Counted from the first letter of the stretch, positions 44,876 through 59,210 are shown. The stretch: DNA of 64,000 nt from Escherichia coli (GCF_011045215.1 NZ_CP049201.1), one strand, 5' to 3'. Made by a program: numbers and translations. Notes: generated by a model from the letters alone, not told the origin.

Positions 44876-46110
44876 TACAACGTTACCGGGTGTTCTTTCT
44901 CGCCTTTCTTAAACTTCACTTCCCCGAGCTCAATACAACCCACCGGGCAGACGTGACCACAAAGCAGACAACCCACACATTTCTCGGTATTACAATGCGG
45001 TGTGCGGGTTTTCTCGCTCCATTCCATCGCCTGGTGACCGCCGTCGTAACAGGAAATATAACAGCGTCCACAGCCAACACATTTATCAAGATTGATACGG
45101 GGATAGACAATATAACTGCGGTCTAAATCTTCCGCCGGGACAATATTGTTATTCGCCAGACCTACCATCTCCTGCAACGAATCAAATCCCTGATCGGCGA
45201 GATAATGCGATAACCCGCTCGCCATATCTTCTACGATGCGATAGCCGTACTGCATAATGCCGGTGGTGACCTGTAACGTTGCTGCGCCGAGCAATAAAAA
45301 CTCCGCCGCATCCTCCCAGGTTTCAATGCCGCCGATACCGCTGATTGGGAAATCGCGCAGTTCTGGATGGGTGCGCATTTGCTGAATGAAGCGCAGGGCG
45401 ATCGGTTTTACCGCTTTACCGGAATATCCGGAAATACTCGATTTTCCGTTAACGATCGGCATACCGATTTTCTGATTAAGATCGATATTGGTGATGGATT
45501 TAACAGTGTTAATCGCCGCAATGCCATCTGCGCCGCCGCGCTTCGCCGCCAGCGCCACTTCGCACATATCACCGATATTCGGCGTCATCTTCGCCAGCAT
45601 TGGCAGCGTGGAACCCCGTTTCACTGCCCGACAATATTTTTCTACCAGCTCCGGGCTTTGCCCGACATCGCTACCCATCGCATGAGAAGTCATTTGCGGA
45701 CAGGAGAAGTTACACTCGATCATATCCGCGCCAGCTTCTTGCACCAGGCGCGCCAGCTCCTCCCATTGCTGCTCATTTTCCCCCATGATCGAAGCGATCA
45801 ATACTTTGTCCGGGTAATCTTCCTTCAGCCGACGCAGGGCGGCCAGATTCTCTTCCAACGGATGTTCAGCAATCTGCTCCATATTTTTGAAGCCGATAAA
45901 ACCGATATCTTCTTTCACCAGATGATCAAAACGCGGCGAGACTTCGTTGGCGATAAAAAAGCCGATCGTTTTAAACACCACGCCGCCCCAACCTGTGTCG
46001 TAGGCTTTGGCACACATCTCATAGCAGTTGCCTACCGGCGAAGAAGAGAGGCAGAACGGGTTGGGAAACTTCACGCCGCAAAAAGTAATCGAAAGATCTT
46101 TCGTTAACAT
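44875..46110 (-). CDS. preA: NAD-dependent dihydropyrimidine dehydrogenase subunit PreA (YeiA)
   Basis: ORF 44875..46116; 411 aa from [12 protein letters not shown]...; dihydroorotate dehydrogenase-like domain plus two C-terminal 4Fe-4S ferredoxin motifs ([23 protein letters not shown]). Confidence 0.92.
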   Translation of the reverse strand: MLTKDLSITFCGVKFPNPFCLSSSPVGNCYEMCAKAYDTGWGGVVFKTIGFFIANEVSPRFDHLVKEDIGFIGFKNMEQIAEHPLEENLAALRRLKEDYPDKVLIASIMGENEQQWEELARLVQEAGADMIECNFSCPQMTSHAMGSDVGQSPELVEKYCRAVKRGSTLPMLAKMTPNIGDMCEVALAAKRGGADGIAAINTVKSITNIDLNQKIGMPIVNGKSSISGYSGKAVKPIALRFIQQMRTHPELRDFPISGIGGIETWEDAAEFLLLGAATLQVTTGIMQYGYRIVEDMASGLSHYLADQGFDSLQEMVGLANNNIVPAEDLDRSYIVYPRINLDKCVGCGRCYISCYDGGHQAMEWSEKTRTPHCNTEKCVGCLLCGHVCPVGCIELGEVKFKKGEKEHPVTL

Positions 46111-47342
46111 GAGCAAGCTCCCTCTAAATAGTGATGAATCGCCTCGGCGGCTTCTTTCCCGGTTTTCACGGCATAGACCACGGTTTTGTCACCCTCAACA
46201 ATATCGCCAGCAGCAAAGACTTGCGGATCGCGGGTCTGATAATTTTGTGTTTTGATGGTGTTACGCTGCGGCTCTAACTCCGCAAAGGCATCCAGTCTGG
46301 CATGCTGACCGACGGCGAGAATAATTTTATCTGCCACCATCGTCAGTTCGCCCGATAACCGTACATGCTTAAATGTGACTTTATTGCCTTCCACGGCTAC
46401 TGGCGTGAATCCATCGATGATCGAAACGCCCAGCTCCCGGGCGCTGGCAAACTCTTTTTCGCTTGCCGGAAACTCATCTAACTCTTCACGCGCTACGCAA
46501 GTTACCGCCTGACAGCCGAGAACTTTCAGCGTGCTGGCTACGTCCATCGCGACATCACCGCCGCCGATAATTAATGCGCTTTGTGGAATGCTGATATCGC
46601 CTTGCGCCTGTCGTGCACGTAGCAGGAAGTCGACGGCAATCTCAACGTCGCTATGCTCAAACAGCGGTAGCCCGGAACCGCTTGATAACCCCACGGTGAC
46701 CAGTACCGCGCGGTTTTCCGCTTTCAGTTGCTCCAGGGTGAGTGTTTTACCGATTTCGTTATTGCACTTAATGGTCACGCCCATTTTTTCAATACGGGCG
46801 ATCTCTGCATCCAGCACTGATTGCGGTAACCGGAATTGCGGAATACCGTTACGCAACCAGCCACCGGGGTGCGCTTCTTTCTCATAAATCGTGACGTCAT
46901 AACCCTGGTTTGTCAGTGTCACACTGGCCTGCAACCCGGCAGGACCTGCGCCAATAATCGCGACTTTGCCGAGCGTTTTAGTACCGGGCTGATAAATTTC
47001 CATCCCGGTTTGTTGTTCAAAATCAGTAACAAAACGCTGTAAGCGGCCGATATCAATGGGAGCATCAACCCCGGCACGGGTACAACCGCTTTGGCATAAT
47101 TTCTCCGTCGGGCACACTCTGGCACAAACGGCACCGAGGGCATTATTTTCGCGAATTGTCTCGGCAGCGCCTTTAAAATTACGAAAGTAGATTGAGCGAA
47201 TAAATTTCCCCGGATCGGTCTGTGCCGGGCAAGCCTGACTACAGGGAGCGTCGTGACATAATAAACAGCGAGAGGCTTCTTTAATCGCCAGTAAAGGCGT
47301 AAGAGCCGGAGTGAGTTCATCCAGATAATTTTGTTGCGGCAT
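46104..47342 (-). CDS. preT: NAD-dependent dihydropyrimidine dehydrogenase subunit PreT (YeiT), GltD-like
   Basis: 412-aa ORF with Cys cluster near the N-terminus and FAD/NAD-binding GxGxxG (IIGAGPAG); 3' end overlaps the preA start. Confidence 0.92.
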   Translation of the reverse strand: MPQQNYLDELTPALTPLLAIKEASRCLLCHDAPCSQACPAQTDPGKFIRSIYFRNFKGAAETIRENNALGAVCARVCPTEKLCQSGCTRAGVDAPIDIGRLQRFVTDFEQQTGMEIYQPGTKTLGKVAIIGAGPAGLQASVTLTNQGYDVTIYEKEAHPGGWLRNGIPQFRLPQSVLDAEIARIEKMGVTIKCNNEIGKTLTLEQLKAENRAVLVTVGLSSGSGLPLFEHSDVEIAVDFLLRARQAQGDISIPQSALIIGGGDVAMDVASTLKVLGCQAVTCVAREELDEFPASEKEFASARELGVSIIDGFTPVAVEGNKVTFKHVRLSGELTMVADKIILAVGQHARLDAFAELEPQRNTIKTQNYQTRDPQVFAAGDIVEGDKTVVYAVKTGKEAAEAIHHYLEGACSC

Positions 47343-47535
47343 GTGATCTTCCTTAATGCTATGAGTAATTAAGGCGAACGCTAAATAAATATTGCGTGCT
47401 GATATTAAGGCTATGCGCGTGGGGAAATTTAAACTGTGAAAGGATTCACAAATAGCTGCGGTTCAGAATGTTATATCCGCAGCTTATTGAGTGTAGTAAT
47501 AATTATTCTCAATAATTAACAGAAAAGAGAAAATA

Positions 47536-49531
<1,996 letters not shown>

Positions 49532-49660
49532 GGCGTTGCCTCATAATCATGTAATGGGATAACAGTTTACGAACCCGTTATGGCTTTATATGTGATCTGA
49601 ATCTCATTAATTATGCAACGCGTGAAACTTACATCAAAAATGCGCGACGCATCGCAAATT

Positions 49661-50787
<1,127 letters not shown>

Positions 50788-50989
50788 TTAATTCGTAAAA
50801 CGTGCTACCGATCACATTAAGAAATCAGCGCTTATTTTTTCGCTCCCCGGTATTACGCAATGAGCAGCGAACTCAGGCATACATCAAGCATAGAGAGGGA
50901 TTGCAGTTTGCAGCAATCCCTCTTTGCAGACCTTTAATCCGCTGACCATAGGCGCTAACATAGCGCCTCATTTTTTTGCGGGTGATGAT

Positions 50990-51940
50990 ATGCGTGTGTT
51001 ACTGGCACCGATGGAGGGTGTGCTTGATTCTCTGGTGCGTGAATTGCTGACCGAAGTTAACGACTACGATCTGTGCATCACCGAGTTCGTCCGCGTGGTG
51101 GATCAACTGCTGCCGGTAAAAGTCTTTCATCGCATTTGCCCTGAGTTACAAAACGCCAGCCGGACACCATCCGGTACGCTGGTGCGCGTTCAGTTGTTAG
51201 GTCAGTTCCCACAATGGCTGGCAGAGAACGCCGCCCGTGCGGTGGAGTTAGGTTCCTGGGGCGTGGGTCTCAATTGCGGCTGCCCGTCGAAAACGGTCAA
51301 CGGTAGCGGTGGTGGGGCGACGTTACTCAAAGATCCTGAACTCATCTACCAGGGGGCAAAAGCGATGCGTGAAGCTGTACCGGCGCATTTGCCCGTCAGC
51401 GTGAAAGTGCGTCTGGGCTGGGACAGCGGTGAGAAGAAATTTGAAATCGCCGATGCGGTTCAACAGGCTGGCGCTACGGAGCTGGTGGTGCATGGGCGGA
51501 CAAAAGAGCAGGGTTACCGCGCGGAGCATATTGACTGGCAGGCGATTGGCGAGATTCGCCAGCAGCTGAATATTCCGGTGATTGCCAACGGTGAAATCTG
51601 GGACTGGCAGAGTGCGCAACAATGCATGGCGATCAGCGGCTGCGACGCAGTGATGATTGGTCGCGGGGCGCTCAATATTCCCAACCTGAGCCGGGTAGTA
51701 AAATATAACGAACCGCGAATGCCGTGGCCGGAGGTGGTTGCTTTGCTGCAAAAATATACCCGTCTGGAAAAGCAGGGCGATACCGGGTTATATCACGTAG
51801 CGCGGATTAAACAGTGGTTGAGTTATTTGCGTAAAGAATACGATGAAGCAACGGAATTATTTCAGCATGTTCGGGTGTTGAATAATTCCCCTGATATTGC
51901 AAGGGCTATTCAGGCAATTGATATCGATAAGCTGCGATAA
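50990..51940 (+). CDS. dusC: tRNA-dihydrouridine(16) synthase DusC (YohI)
   Basis: ORF 50924..51940; start at [13 protein letters not shown]...; Dus-family TIM barrel with catalytic Cys region (GLNCGCP). Confidence 0.9.
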   Translation: MRVLLAPMEGVLDSLVRELLTEVNDYDLCITEFVRVVDQLLPVKVFHRICPELQNASRTPSGTLVRVQLLGQFPQWLAENAARAVELGSWGVGLNCGCPSKTVNGSGGGATLLKDPELIYQGAKAMREAVPAHLPVSVKVRLGWDSGEKKFEIADAVQQAGATELVVHGRTKEQGYRAEHIDWQAIGEIRQQLNIPVIANGEIWDWQSAQQCMAISGCDAVMIGRGALNIPNLSRVVKYNEPRMPWPEVVALLQKYTRLEKQGDTGLYHVARIKQWLSYLRKEYDEATELFQHVRVLNNSPDIARAIQAIDIDKLR

Positions 51941-52327
51941 TAGTGGAATCGCAGTTTATCAGAGACAATGAATCGCTTATTCAGCTTCATCATCTTGTTG
52001 CGCTCCTTTCATGAGCTAAGCCACATATTGCCACTGGCGCAAGGAGCGCGCAGGGGGAGGACAATCGCCTCCTCCCCCTGCACCCCCGGGCTCTGGCGAA
52101 CAAAATCGCCGCTGCGCGGTACCTTCAGCTTATCCCCTTCGGCTACCGGGTCGGGCGCGAGGAAACGTCCTTGTAAGACGCGCCCTCAGCCCACATCCAT
52201 GTGGGCTGCCCCGGCCTTCGGGGAACGCTTCAGCAATTTTGACGCCACCAACACCGGAGCTGTTTGCAAATCAAGTACACAAAATATCTAGTTCCTGACC
52301 TGACAACTTATATGTCATATCTGATTT

Positions 52328-52411
52328 TTAAAATATCATCTTAAATACGCCAGTCACCACCAGTAGCCCAATCAGGAAAATAATCAATACAGCCCAGAGT
52401 ATAATTTTCAT
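52328..52411 (-). CDS. yohP: Small membrane protein YohP (27 aa)
   Basis: Found by manual reverse-complement reading: ATG at 52411, MKIILWAVLIIFLIGLLVVTGVFKMIF, stop TAA at 52330-52328. Below the ORF-track length cutoff. Confidence 0.7.
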   Translation of the reverse strand: MKIILWAVLIIFLIGLLVVTGVFKMIF

Positions 52412-52634
52412 TGGCGTTCCTTTATTTGTGAGTGCTGAATAAGTATAGGAAAAAACGAAGCCCTTTGCCGTTATCCATAAACGATTAAGATAAATCGGAA
52501 GATATCATTCGCTTAGTGTATATTTTTCTGGATATGTCGTTTTATTGCTACTGATGTATTGCCACGCGAAACTAAAAAATATATCGCAACACACGGTAAT
52601 CTCCGCGCACCTTTTCTTACCTGATTATTCCCCC

Positions 52635-54071
52635 ATGAATCGTGATTCCTTTTATCCAGCCATCGCCTGTTTTCCGCTGTTACTGATGCTGACCGGGTGT
52701 GCGCCTATGCATGAAACCCGCCAGGCGTTAAGCCAGCAAACGCCCGCTGCACAAGTTGATACCGCATTACCCACGGCGCTGAAAAATGGTTGGCCAGACA
52801 GCCAATGGTGGCTGGAGTATCACGATAATCAGCTCACTTCCTTAATTAACAATGCACTACAGAACGCACCGGATATGAAGGTGGCTGAACAGCGCATTCA
52901 GCTAGCTGAAGCCCAGGCGAAGGCAGTTGCTACTCAGGATGGTCCGCAGATCGACTTTTCTGCGGATATGGAGCGGCAAAAAATGTCGGCAGAAGGGCTA
53001 ATGGGGCCGTTTGCTCTGAACGATCCGGCCGCAGGTACGACCGGTCCGTGGTACACCAACGGAACTTTTGGCTTAACGGCGGGCTGGCATCTCGATATCT
53101 GGGGAAAGAATCGGGCGGAGGTTACTGCCCGCCTGGGTACGGTTAAAGCACGGGCGGCGGAACGCGAGCAAACCCGCCAATTGCTGGCTGGCAGCGTAGC
53201 CCGCCTGTACTGGGAGTGGCAAACCCAGGCGGCGTTAAACACGGTCTTGCGGCAAATCGAAAAAGAGCAGAACACCATTATCGCGACCGATCGCCAGCTA
53301 TATCAGAACGGGATTACTTCTTCAGTTGAAGGTGTGGAAACCGATATTAATGCCAGCAAAACCCGGCAGCAGCTCAACGATGTCGCGGGGAAAATGAAAA
53401 TTATTGAGGCACGGTTAAGCGCACTTACAAATCACCAGACAAAGTCATTGAAGCTTAAACCGGTCGCGTTGCCGAAAGTGGCAAGCCAGCTTCCTGATGA
53501 ACTGGGGTACTCCTTACTGGCCCGGCGGGCAGATTTGCAGGCGGCGCACTGGTACGTTGAGTCATCGCTAAGCACCATTGATGCGGCAAAAGCGGCATTT
53601 TATCCTGACATCAACCTGATGGCCTTTCTGCAACAGGATGCGTTGCACTTAAGCGATCTGTTCCGTCATTCCGCGCAGCAAATGGGTGTTACGGCAGGCC
53701 TGACGCTACCCATTTTCGATAGTGGTCGTCTTAACGCCAATCTCGATATCGCAAAAGCCGAAAGCAACTTGTCTATCGCCAGCTACAACAAAGCGGTGGT
53801 TGAAGCGGTAAATGACGTGGCGCGGGCGGCCAGCCAGGTTCAGACACTGGCGGAGAAAAACCAGCATCAGGCGCAAATTGAGCACGATGCCTTGCGTGTG
53901 GTAGGTCTTGCGCAGGCGCGCTTTAACGCGGGCATCATTGCTGGTTCCCGCGTCAGCGAAGCCAGAATCCCCGCGCTGCGTGAGCGGGCCAATGGCCTGT
54001 TATTGCAAGGGCAGTGGCTGGATGCCTCCATTCAACTCACTGGTGCGTTGGGCGGGGGTTACAAACGCTGA
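52635..54071 (+). CDS. mdtQ: Outer membrane efflux lipoprotein MdtQ (TolC/NodT OMF family), apparently intact
   Basis: ORF 52545..54071; likely start at ATG 52635 (MNRDSFYPAIACFPLLLMLTGC, lipobox LTGC), giving 478 aa; OMF coiled-coil/beta-barrel repeat architecture. Confidence 0.8.
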   Translation: MNRDSFYPAIACFPLLLMLTGCAPMHETRQALSQQTPAAQVDTALPTALKNGWPDSQWWLEYHDNQLTSLINNALQNAPDMKVAEQRIQLAEAQAKAVATQDGPQIDFSADMERQKMSAEGLMGPFALNDPAAGTTGPWYTNGTFGLTAGWHLDIWGKNRAEVTARLGTVKARAAEREQTRQLLAGSVARLYWEWQTQAALNTVLRQIEKEQNTIIATDRQLYQNGITSSVEGVETDINASKTRQQLNDVAGKMKIIEARLSALTNHQTKSLKLKPVALPKVASQLPDELGYSLLARRADLQAAHWYVESSLSTIDAAKAAFYPDINLMAFLQQDALHLSDLFRHSAQQMGVTAGLTLPIFDSGRLNANLDIAKAESNLSIASYNKAVVEAVNDVARAASQVQTLAEKNQHQAQIEHDALRVVGLAQARFNAGIIAGSRVSEARIPALRERANGLLLQGQWLDASIQLTGALGGGYKR

Positions 54072-54123
54072 TGATATGTGCCTTCTATACTTAACGTTTA
54101 TTCAGCGTTAAGTGGAGAACTCG

Positions 54124-54885
54124 ATGGCACAGGTCGCGATAATTACCGCCTCCGATTCGGGGATCGGCAAAGAGTGCGCGTTATTACTGGCGCAGCAGGG
54201 GTTTGATATTGGCATTACCTGGCACTCAGATGAAGAAGGGGCAAAAGATACCGCGCGTGAGGTAGTTAGCCACGGCGTACGTGCGGAGATCGTGCAGCTG
54301 GATCTCGGTAAACTGCCAGAAGGTGCGCAGGCGCTGGAGAAACTCATTCAACGGCTGGGGCGTATTGATGTGCTGGTGAATAATGCGGGCGCAATGACCA
54401 AAGCGCCGTTTCTTGATATGGCTTTCGATGAGTGGCGCAAGATTTTTACCGTTGATGTCGATGGTGCATTTTTATGCTCACAAATTGCGGCCCGCCAGAT
54501 GGTGAAACAAGGGCAGGGCGGTCGCATCATCAACATTACGTCGGTACATGAACATACGCCGCTGCCGGATGCCAGCGCCTACACAGCCGCTAAACATGCG
54601 CTCGGTGGGTTAACCAAAGCGATGGCGCTGGAGCTGGTCAGGCATAAGATTTTGGTGAACGCAGTCGCGCCTGGGGCGATCGCCACGCCAATGAATGGCA
54701 TGGATGACAGCGACGTGAAGCCCGACGCGGAGCCTTCGATTCCTCTGCGGCGTTTTGGTGCAACGCATGAGATTGCCAGCCTGGTAGCGTGGCTGTGCTC
54801 AGAGGGCGCAAATTACACCACCGGGCAGTCGTTGATAGTGGATGGCGGCTTTATGTTGGCGAATCCGCAGTTCAACCCAGAATAG
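54124..54885 (+). CDS. yohF: Short-chain dehydrogenase/reductase YohF
   Basis: ORF 54112..54885; start at MAQVAIITASDSGIGKE (Rossmann TGxxxGxG-like), with a YxxxK catalytic motif (YTAAK). Confidence 0.88.
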   Translation: MAQVAIITASDSGIGKECALLLAQQGFDIGITWHSDEEGAKDTAREVVSHGVRAEIVQLDLGKLPEGAQALEKLIQRLGRIDVLVNNAGAMTKAPFLDMAFDEWRKIFTVDVDGAFLCSQIAARQMVKQGQGGRIINITSVHEHTPLPDASAYTAAKHALGGLTKAMALELVRHKILVNAVAPGAIATPMNGMDDSDVKPDAEPSIPLRRFGATHEIASLVAWLCSEGANYTTGQSLIVDGGFMLANPQFNPE

Positions 54886-54904
54886 CGCAGTGAGGTGCGT
54901 GGTT

Positions 54905-55012
54905 ATTTCAATGGGTAAAATTTTGGTAGGCATGATAAGACGCACAAGCGTCGCATCAGGCATGGTGCCCCGGATGTCGGATGCGGCGCGAACGCCTTAT
55001 CCAGGGCAATGG
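54905..55012. repeat. REP/BIME-like palindromic element between yohF and yohD
   Basis: tgataagacgcacaagcgtcgcatcagg and gccggatg...cgcgaacgccttatcc: REP-family palindromes between convergent genes. Confidence 0.6.
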
Positions 55013-55014
55013 TT

Positions 55015-55593
55015 TTACGCCTGATTATCCGGCTTTTTCTTCCCGCGTCGTTTCAGCCACCAGCGCACGCCTACCACCAGAACCACGACCAGAATCAACC
55101 AGACCCAGTGCTTCAAATGCTGGTCGAGATTGTGCAACCACGGCGCAATCACCTGACCACCAGCGTAACCGATAGTGGTAAAAATCAACGCCCAGGCAAA
55201 TGCGCCGAGAATATTCAGTGGCAGAAAGATTTTCGGCGGCAGCAGGCTGGCACCAATCAGCGTCGGGCCAATCACCCGAAAGCCATACATAAAACGCGTA
55301 CCAATGACAAACAGATACGGATGGCGTTGGATAAGTTTCTGCGCCCGCTCAATTTTATCCTGATGTTTCGAGAAACGGCGTAACAGCTTGCCGCCAAACC
55401 GCCGTCCGCACAGATAGAGCACCTGGTCGCCAATCATGCCGCCAAGCGCCACAGAAAGTACCACCAGCGGGAACTTTAATAGCCCCTGATGCGCCGCAAC
55501 GCCTCCCAGCAAAGTCACGGTTTCACCTTCCGCCAGGCTACCGATCACCAGCGCGGCATAACCATATTGTGAGATGAGTGTATTGAGATCCAT
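55015..55593 (-). CDS. yohD: DedA-family inner membrane protein YohD
   Basis: ORF 55015..55629; start at the internal ATG (MDLNTLISQYGYAALVIGSLAEGE...), giving 192 aa. Confidence 0.85.
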   Translation of the reverse strand: MDLNTLISQYGYAALVIGSLAEGETVTLLGGVAAHQGLLKFPLVVLSVALGGMIGDQVLYLCGRRFGGKLLRRFSKHQDKIERAQKLIQRHPYLFVIGTRFMYGFRVIGPTLIGASLLPPKIFLPLNILGAFAWALIFTTIGYAGGQVIAPWLHNLDQHLKHWVWLILVVVLVVGVRWWLKRRGKKKPDNQA

Positions 55594-55762
55594 AGGCCAG
55601 TCTGTCTCCCTTTGGTTGCCTGTAAGCATACACCCTGTAAATCATTCACGCTGAAAAAGGACATACATAAGACGGTGCAAATTACATGAGCGAACAAAAA
55701 ATAATCACAAGCTGACTTATACTTGAACTGTCAGGTTCATGAACTCACAACAAGGGGGCGGT

Positions 55763-56350
55763 ATGAGCCATGTCTGGGGACTGTTTTCCCATCCCGATCG
55801 TGAAATGCAGGTGATTAATCGCGAAAACGAAACGATTTCTCACCATTACACCCACCACGTTTTGCTGATGGCGGCGATTCCGGTGATTTGCGCCTTCATT
55901 GGCACTACACAGATTGGCTGGAATTTTGGCGATGGCACTATCCTGAAGTTATCCTGGTTTACCGGACTGGCGCTGGCTGTCCTGTTTTATGGCGTTATGC
56001 TCGCTGGGGTCGCGGTGATGGGGCGGGTCATCTGGTGGATGGCGCGTAATTATCCGCAGCGTCCGTCACTTGCGCACTGCATGGTCTTCGCGGGCTACGT
56101 TGCAACTCCGCTGTTTTTAAGCGGTCTGGTGGCGCTTTATCCGCTGGTCTGGTTGTGTGCGCTGGTCGGCACGGTGGCACTGTTTTACACCGGTTACCTG
56201 CTTTACCTTGGTATTCCGAGCTTCCTGAATATCAACAAAGAGGAAGGCCTTAGCTTCTCCAGTTCGACGCTGGCGATTGGCGTGCTGGTACTGGAAGTGC
56301 TGCTTGCCCTTACCATTATACTATGGGGCTACGGTTATCGTTTGTTCTAG
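55763..56350 (+). CDS. yohC: Yip1-family inner membrane protein YohC
   Basis: ORF 55739..56350; start at MSHVWGLFSHPDRE..., giving 195 aa; multiple TM segments. Confidence 0.85.
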   Translation: MSHVWGLFSHPDREMQVINRENETISHHYTHHVLLMAAIPVICAFIGTTQIGWNFGDGTILKLSWFTGLALAVLFYGVMLAGVAVMGRVIWWMARNYPQRPSLAHCMVFAGYVATPLFLSGLVALYPLVWLCALVGTVALFYTGYLLYLGIPSFLNINKEEGLSFSSSTLAIGVLVLEVLLALTIILWGYGYRLF

Positions 56351-56523
56351 AAAGTTCTTTGACGTTGCATTGCTGGCGTAAATGTCAGCAATGCAGCATT
56401 TCCTCACGATTCTCCTTTGACGATCGCACTTTTTGCTCGTTATGATGGCGTCGCTAGCCTCAGTAAATCCTTACTCCGGCGGTGCGCAACCCGTGCGCGT
56501 GAACCACTATCTGAATGCTCATC

Positions 56524-57456
56524 ATGCCGAAATTTCGAGTTTCTTTATTTAGCCTGGCCCTGATGCTGGCTGTGCCTTTGGCACCGCAGGCCGTTGCGAA
56601 AACGGCAGCCGCTACCACCGCTTCACAACCGGAAATTGCCTCCGGTAGCGCGATGATTGTTGATCTGAATACCAACAAAGTGATCTATTCGAACCACCCG
56701 GATCTGGTGCGTCCGATTGCGTCTATCAGCAAATTAATGACCGCGATGGTTGTGCTGGATGCACGACTGCCGCTGGATGAAAAACTAAAAGTGGATATCA
56801 GCCAGACGCCGGAGATGAAAGGGGTCTATTCGCGCGTACGACTGAACAGCGAAATCAGCCGTAAAGATATGCTGTTGCTTGCGTTGATGTCTTCAGAAAA
56901 CCGCGCGGCGGCAAGCCTTGCGCACCATTATCCCGGTGGTTACAAAGCCTTTATTAAGGCGATGAATGCGAAAGCGAAATCGCTCGGAATGAACAACACG
57001 CGCTTTGTTGAACCGACCGGATTGTCGGTGCATAACGTTTCAACCGCCCGTGACTTAACCAAACTGCTTATTGCCAGCAAACAATATCCGTTGATCGGGC
57101 AGTTAAGTACTACCCGGGAAGATATGGCAACCTTCTCTAACCCGACGTATACGCTGCCGTTCCGCAATACTAATCATCTGGTGTATCGCGATAACTGGAA
57201 TATCCAGCTAACCAAAACCGGCTTTACCAATGCGGCGGGCCATTGTCTGGTGATGCGTACGGTTATCAATAATAAACCGGTGGCGCTGGTAGTGATGGAT
57301 GCGTTTGGCAAATATACCCATTTTGCCGATGCCAGCCGCCTGCGTACCTGGATTGAAACCGGTAAAGTGATGCCTGTTCCGGCAGCAGCGTTGAGCTATA
57401 AAAAACAAAAAGCCGCCCAAATGGCGGCGGCGGGGCAGACGGCACAGAACGATTAA
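56524..57456 (+). CDS. pbpG: D-alanyl-D-alanine endopeptidase PBP7 (PbpG)
   Basis: ORF 56515..57456; signal peptide; SxxK active site (SISKLMT), SxN (SEN) and KTG motifs. Confidence 0.93.
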   Translation: MPKFRVSLFSLALMLAVPLAPQAVAKTAAATTASQPEIASGSAMIVDLNTNKVIYSNHPDLVRPIASISKLMTAMVVLDARLPLDEKLKVDISQTPEMKGVYSRVRLNSEISRKDMLLLALMSSENRAAASLAHHYPGGYKAFIKAMNAKAKSLGMNNTRFVEPTGLSVHNVSTARDLTKLLIASKQYPLIGQLSTTREDMATFSNPTYTLPFRNTNHLVYRDNWNIQLTKTGFTNAAGHCLVMRTVINNKPVALVVMDAFGKYTHFADASRLRTWIETGKVMPVPAAALSYKKQKAAQMAAAGQTAQND

Positions 57457-57494
57457 GTGAATTACGGATGGCGATACTCTGCCATCCGTAATTT

Positions 57495-59210
57495 TTACTC
57501 CACTTCCTGCCAGTTTTTCCGCTTACTGGTTTTACCGATCCCCGGATTCATACTGTTGGTCGGATCGTTCTCGCGATAAAACTTCTGCAACGTCTCCGGT
57601 GCTTTATACAAATGACCGACGTTATGCTCGGCAGGGTATTGCGCACCGCGCTGCTGAAGCAGTTCCAGCATCTGTTCTTTCAACGCATGCACATCCACGC
57701 CTTTTTTCACTATGTAATCCTGATGGAAGACATAGCACATAAAATGGCCGTAATAGAGCTTGTGCACCAGCTGGCTGTCGATCTCCGGCGGTAAATGCTC
57801 ATACCACTCGGTGTCGTTACGCCGCAGAGCGATATCCAGCGCCAGAATGTCTTCGACTTCATCGGAATGCACCGCCTGATAACGAATTGCTGCGCCCGCA
57901 GCGGCGAAACGGTGTAAAAACGCTTTGCTGCCTTCCTCCGGCGTACAGACAAAGAAATCGCCCTCGGCCTGTTTGAAATAATCCACCAGCCACGATTTGG
58001 CTTCACCAACGCCATCGCCCGCCATTTTTAACAGCAGATGATGCTCGTATTTATCGCGCCAGTTTTTCATGCGCGGCGGTAAATGGCTGGGGAACAGGTG
58101 ACCGAATTTTTGCATCGCACGGTCAGTAAAATGCGGACGGAAGAATTTCACTTTCTCCAGCATCGCATCGGTGCGTCCCTTGAGATTAAAGAAGAACGGC
58201 ATCTTGTCGGTGCCTAACTTATCAATCATCAGGAAGGTGTCTTTGCCGTATTTTTCCGCAATATCGTAGATATCCCGGTGCATATATTCCCCGGCAACCG
58301 GCAGATTTTCGAAGTTAGCCAGAATATGACGGCGGATTTCGGTCAGCACTTCCGGCTGGTTGGTGCCGATATAAAACACCTGCTGATTTTTTTCCGCTTC
58401 GAAGGTATCAAGACGTACTGCAAAGACGGCCAGCTTCCCGGCGCAACCAGAAGATTCAAATAACCGATCCGGATCGGCGTTATAACGTGCGGGCGTGTCG
58501 GCTTCAATATCACGAACGCGGTGGACATAGTCATAATCGTGGGCGTGACGACCATCGTGACGCACATCGTCATCTTTGATGCGATCGTCATCCAGCTTGC
58601 TAAGGATCTGCTCCGGCGTTTCGCCCAGATCAATCCCGAGATGGTTCACCAGCGTCAGCTTGCCATCTTCATTTATACGCGCGAATAACGACATTTCGGT
58701 ATACGCCGGGCCACGTTGCACCAGCGAGCCGCCGGAGTTGTTACAAATACCGCCGATGACCGATGCGCCTATACACGATGATCCAATCACCGAGTGCGGT
58801 TCGCGTCCCAGCGGTTTGAGGGCTTTTTCCAGCGAATAAAGCGTGGTGCCCGGATAGGCCAGCACCTGTTCGCCCTTGCCGAGAACGTGCAGCTTGTCGA
58901 GACGCAGGGTGCTGATGATAACGACATCTCGATCATAGTCGTTACCGTTTGGCGTCGATCCTTCGGTCAGGCCTGTATTGGCAGCCTGCATCAGAATAAT
59001 TTTGTCGGCGGTGACGCAGGCTTTCAGCACCCGCCACAATTCCAGTAGTGAGCCAGGGAAAACGACAGCCAGCGCGTCGCCCTGACCAGAACGGAAGCCC
59101 TTGCGATAGCGGGCCGTTTTTGCGGGATCGGTGAGCAGGTGTGAATGACCGACCAGACGGGCAAGTTCATTCAAAAAGGCTTTATTATCAGTTGTTGTCA
59201 TGGAAGACAT
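57495..59210 (-). CDS. dld: FAD-dependent D-lactate dehydrogenase Dld (membrane-associated, quinone-linked)
   Basis: ORF 57495..59243; start at MSSMTTTDNKAFLNELARLVG..., giving 571 aa. Confidence 0.93.
   Translation of the reverse strand: MSSMTTTDNKAFLNELARLVGHSHLLTDPAKTARYRKGFRSGQGDALAVVFPGSLLELWRVLKACVTADKIILMQAANTGLTEGSTPNGNDYDRDVVIISTLRLDKLHVLGKGEQVLAYPGTTLYSLEKALKPLGREPHSVIGSSCIGASVIGGICNNSGGSLVQRGPAYTEMSLFARINEDGKLTLVNHLGIDLGETPEQILSKLDDDRIKDDDVRHDGRHAHDYDYVHRVRDIEADTPARYNADPDRLFESSGCAGKLAVFAVRLDTFEAEKNQQVFYIGTNQPEVLTEIRRHILANFENLPVAGEYMHRDIYDIAEKYGKDTFLMIDKLGTDKMPFFFNLKGRTDAMLEKVKFFRPHFTDRAMQKFGHLFPSHLPPRMKNWRDKYEHHLLLKMAGDGVGEAKSWLVDYFKQAEGDFFVCTPEEGSKAFLHRFAAAGAAIRYQAVHSDEVEDILALDIALRRNDTEWYEHLPPEIDSQLVHKLYYGHFMCYVFHQDYIVKKGVDVHALKEQMLELLQQRGAQYPAEHNVGHLYKAPETLQKFYRENDPTNSMNPGIGKTSKRKNWQEVE

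Noticed and set aside
51968-52291. 107-aa plus-strand ORF between dusC and yohP
   Set aside because: It spans the GC-rich palindrome cluster, its product is R/P/G/S-rich with no recognisable fold, and it has no convincing RBS. Treated as a non-coding structured element (see findings).
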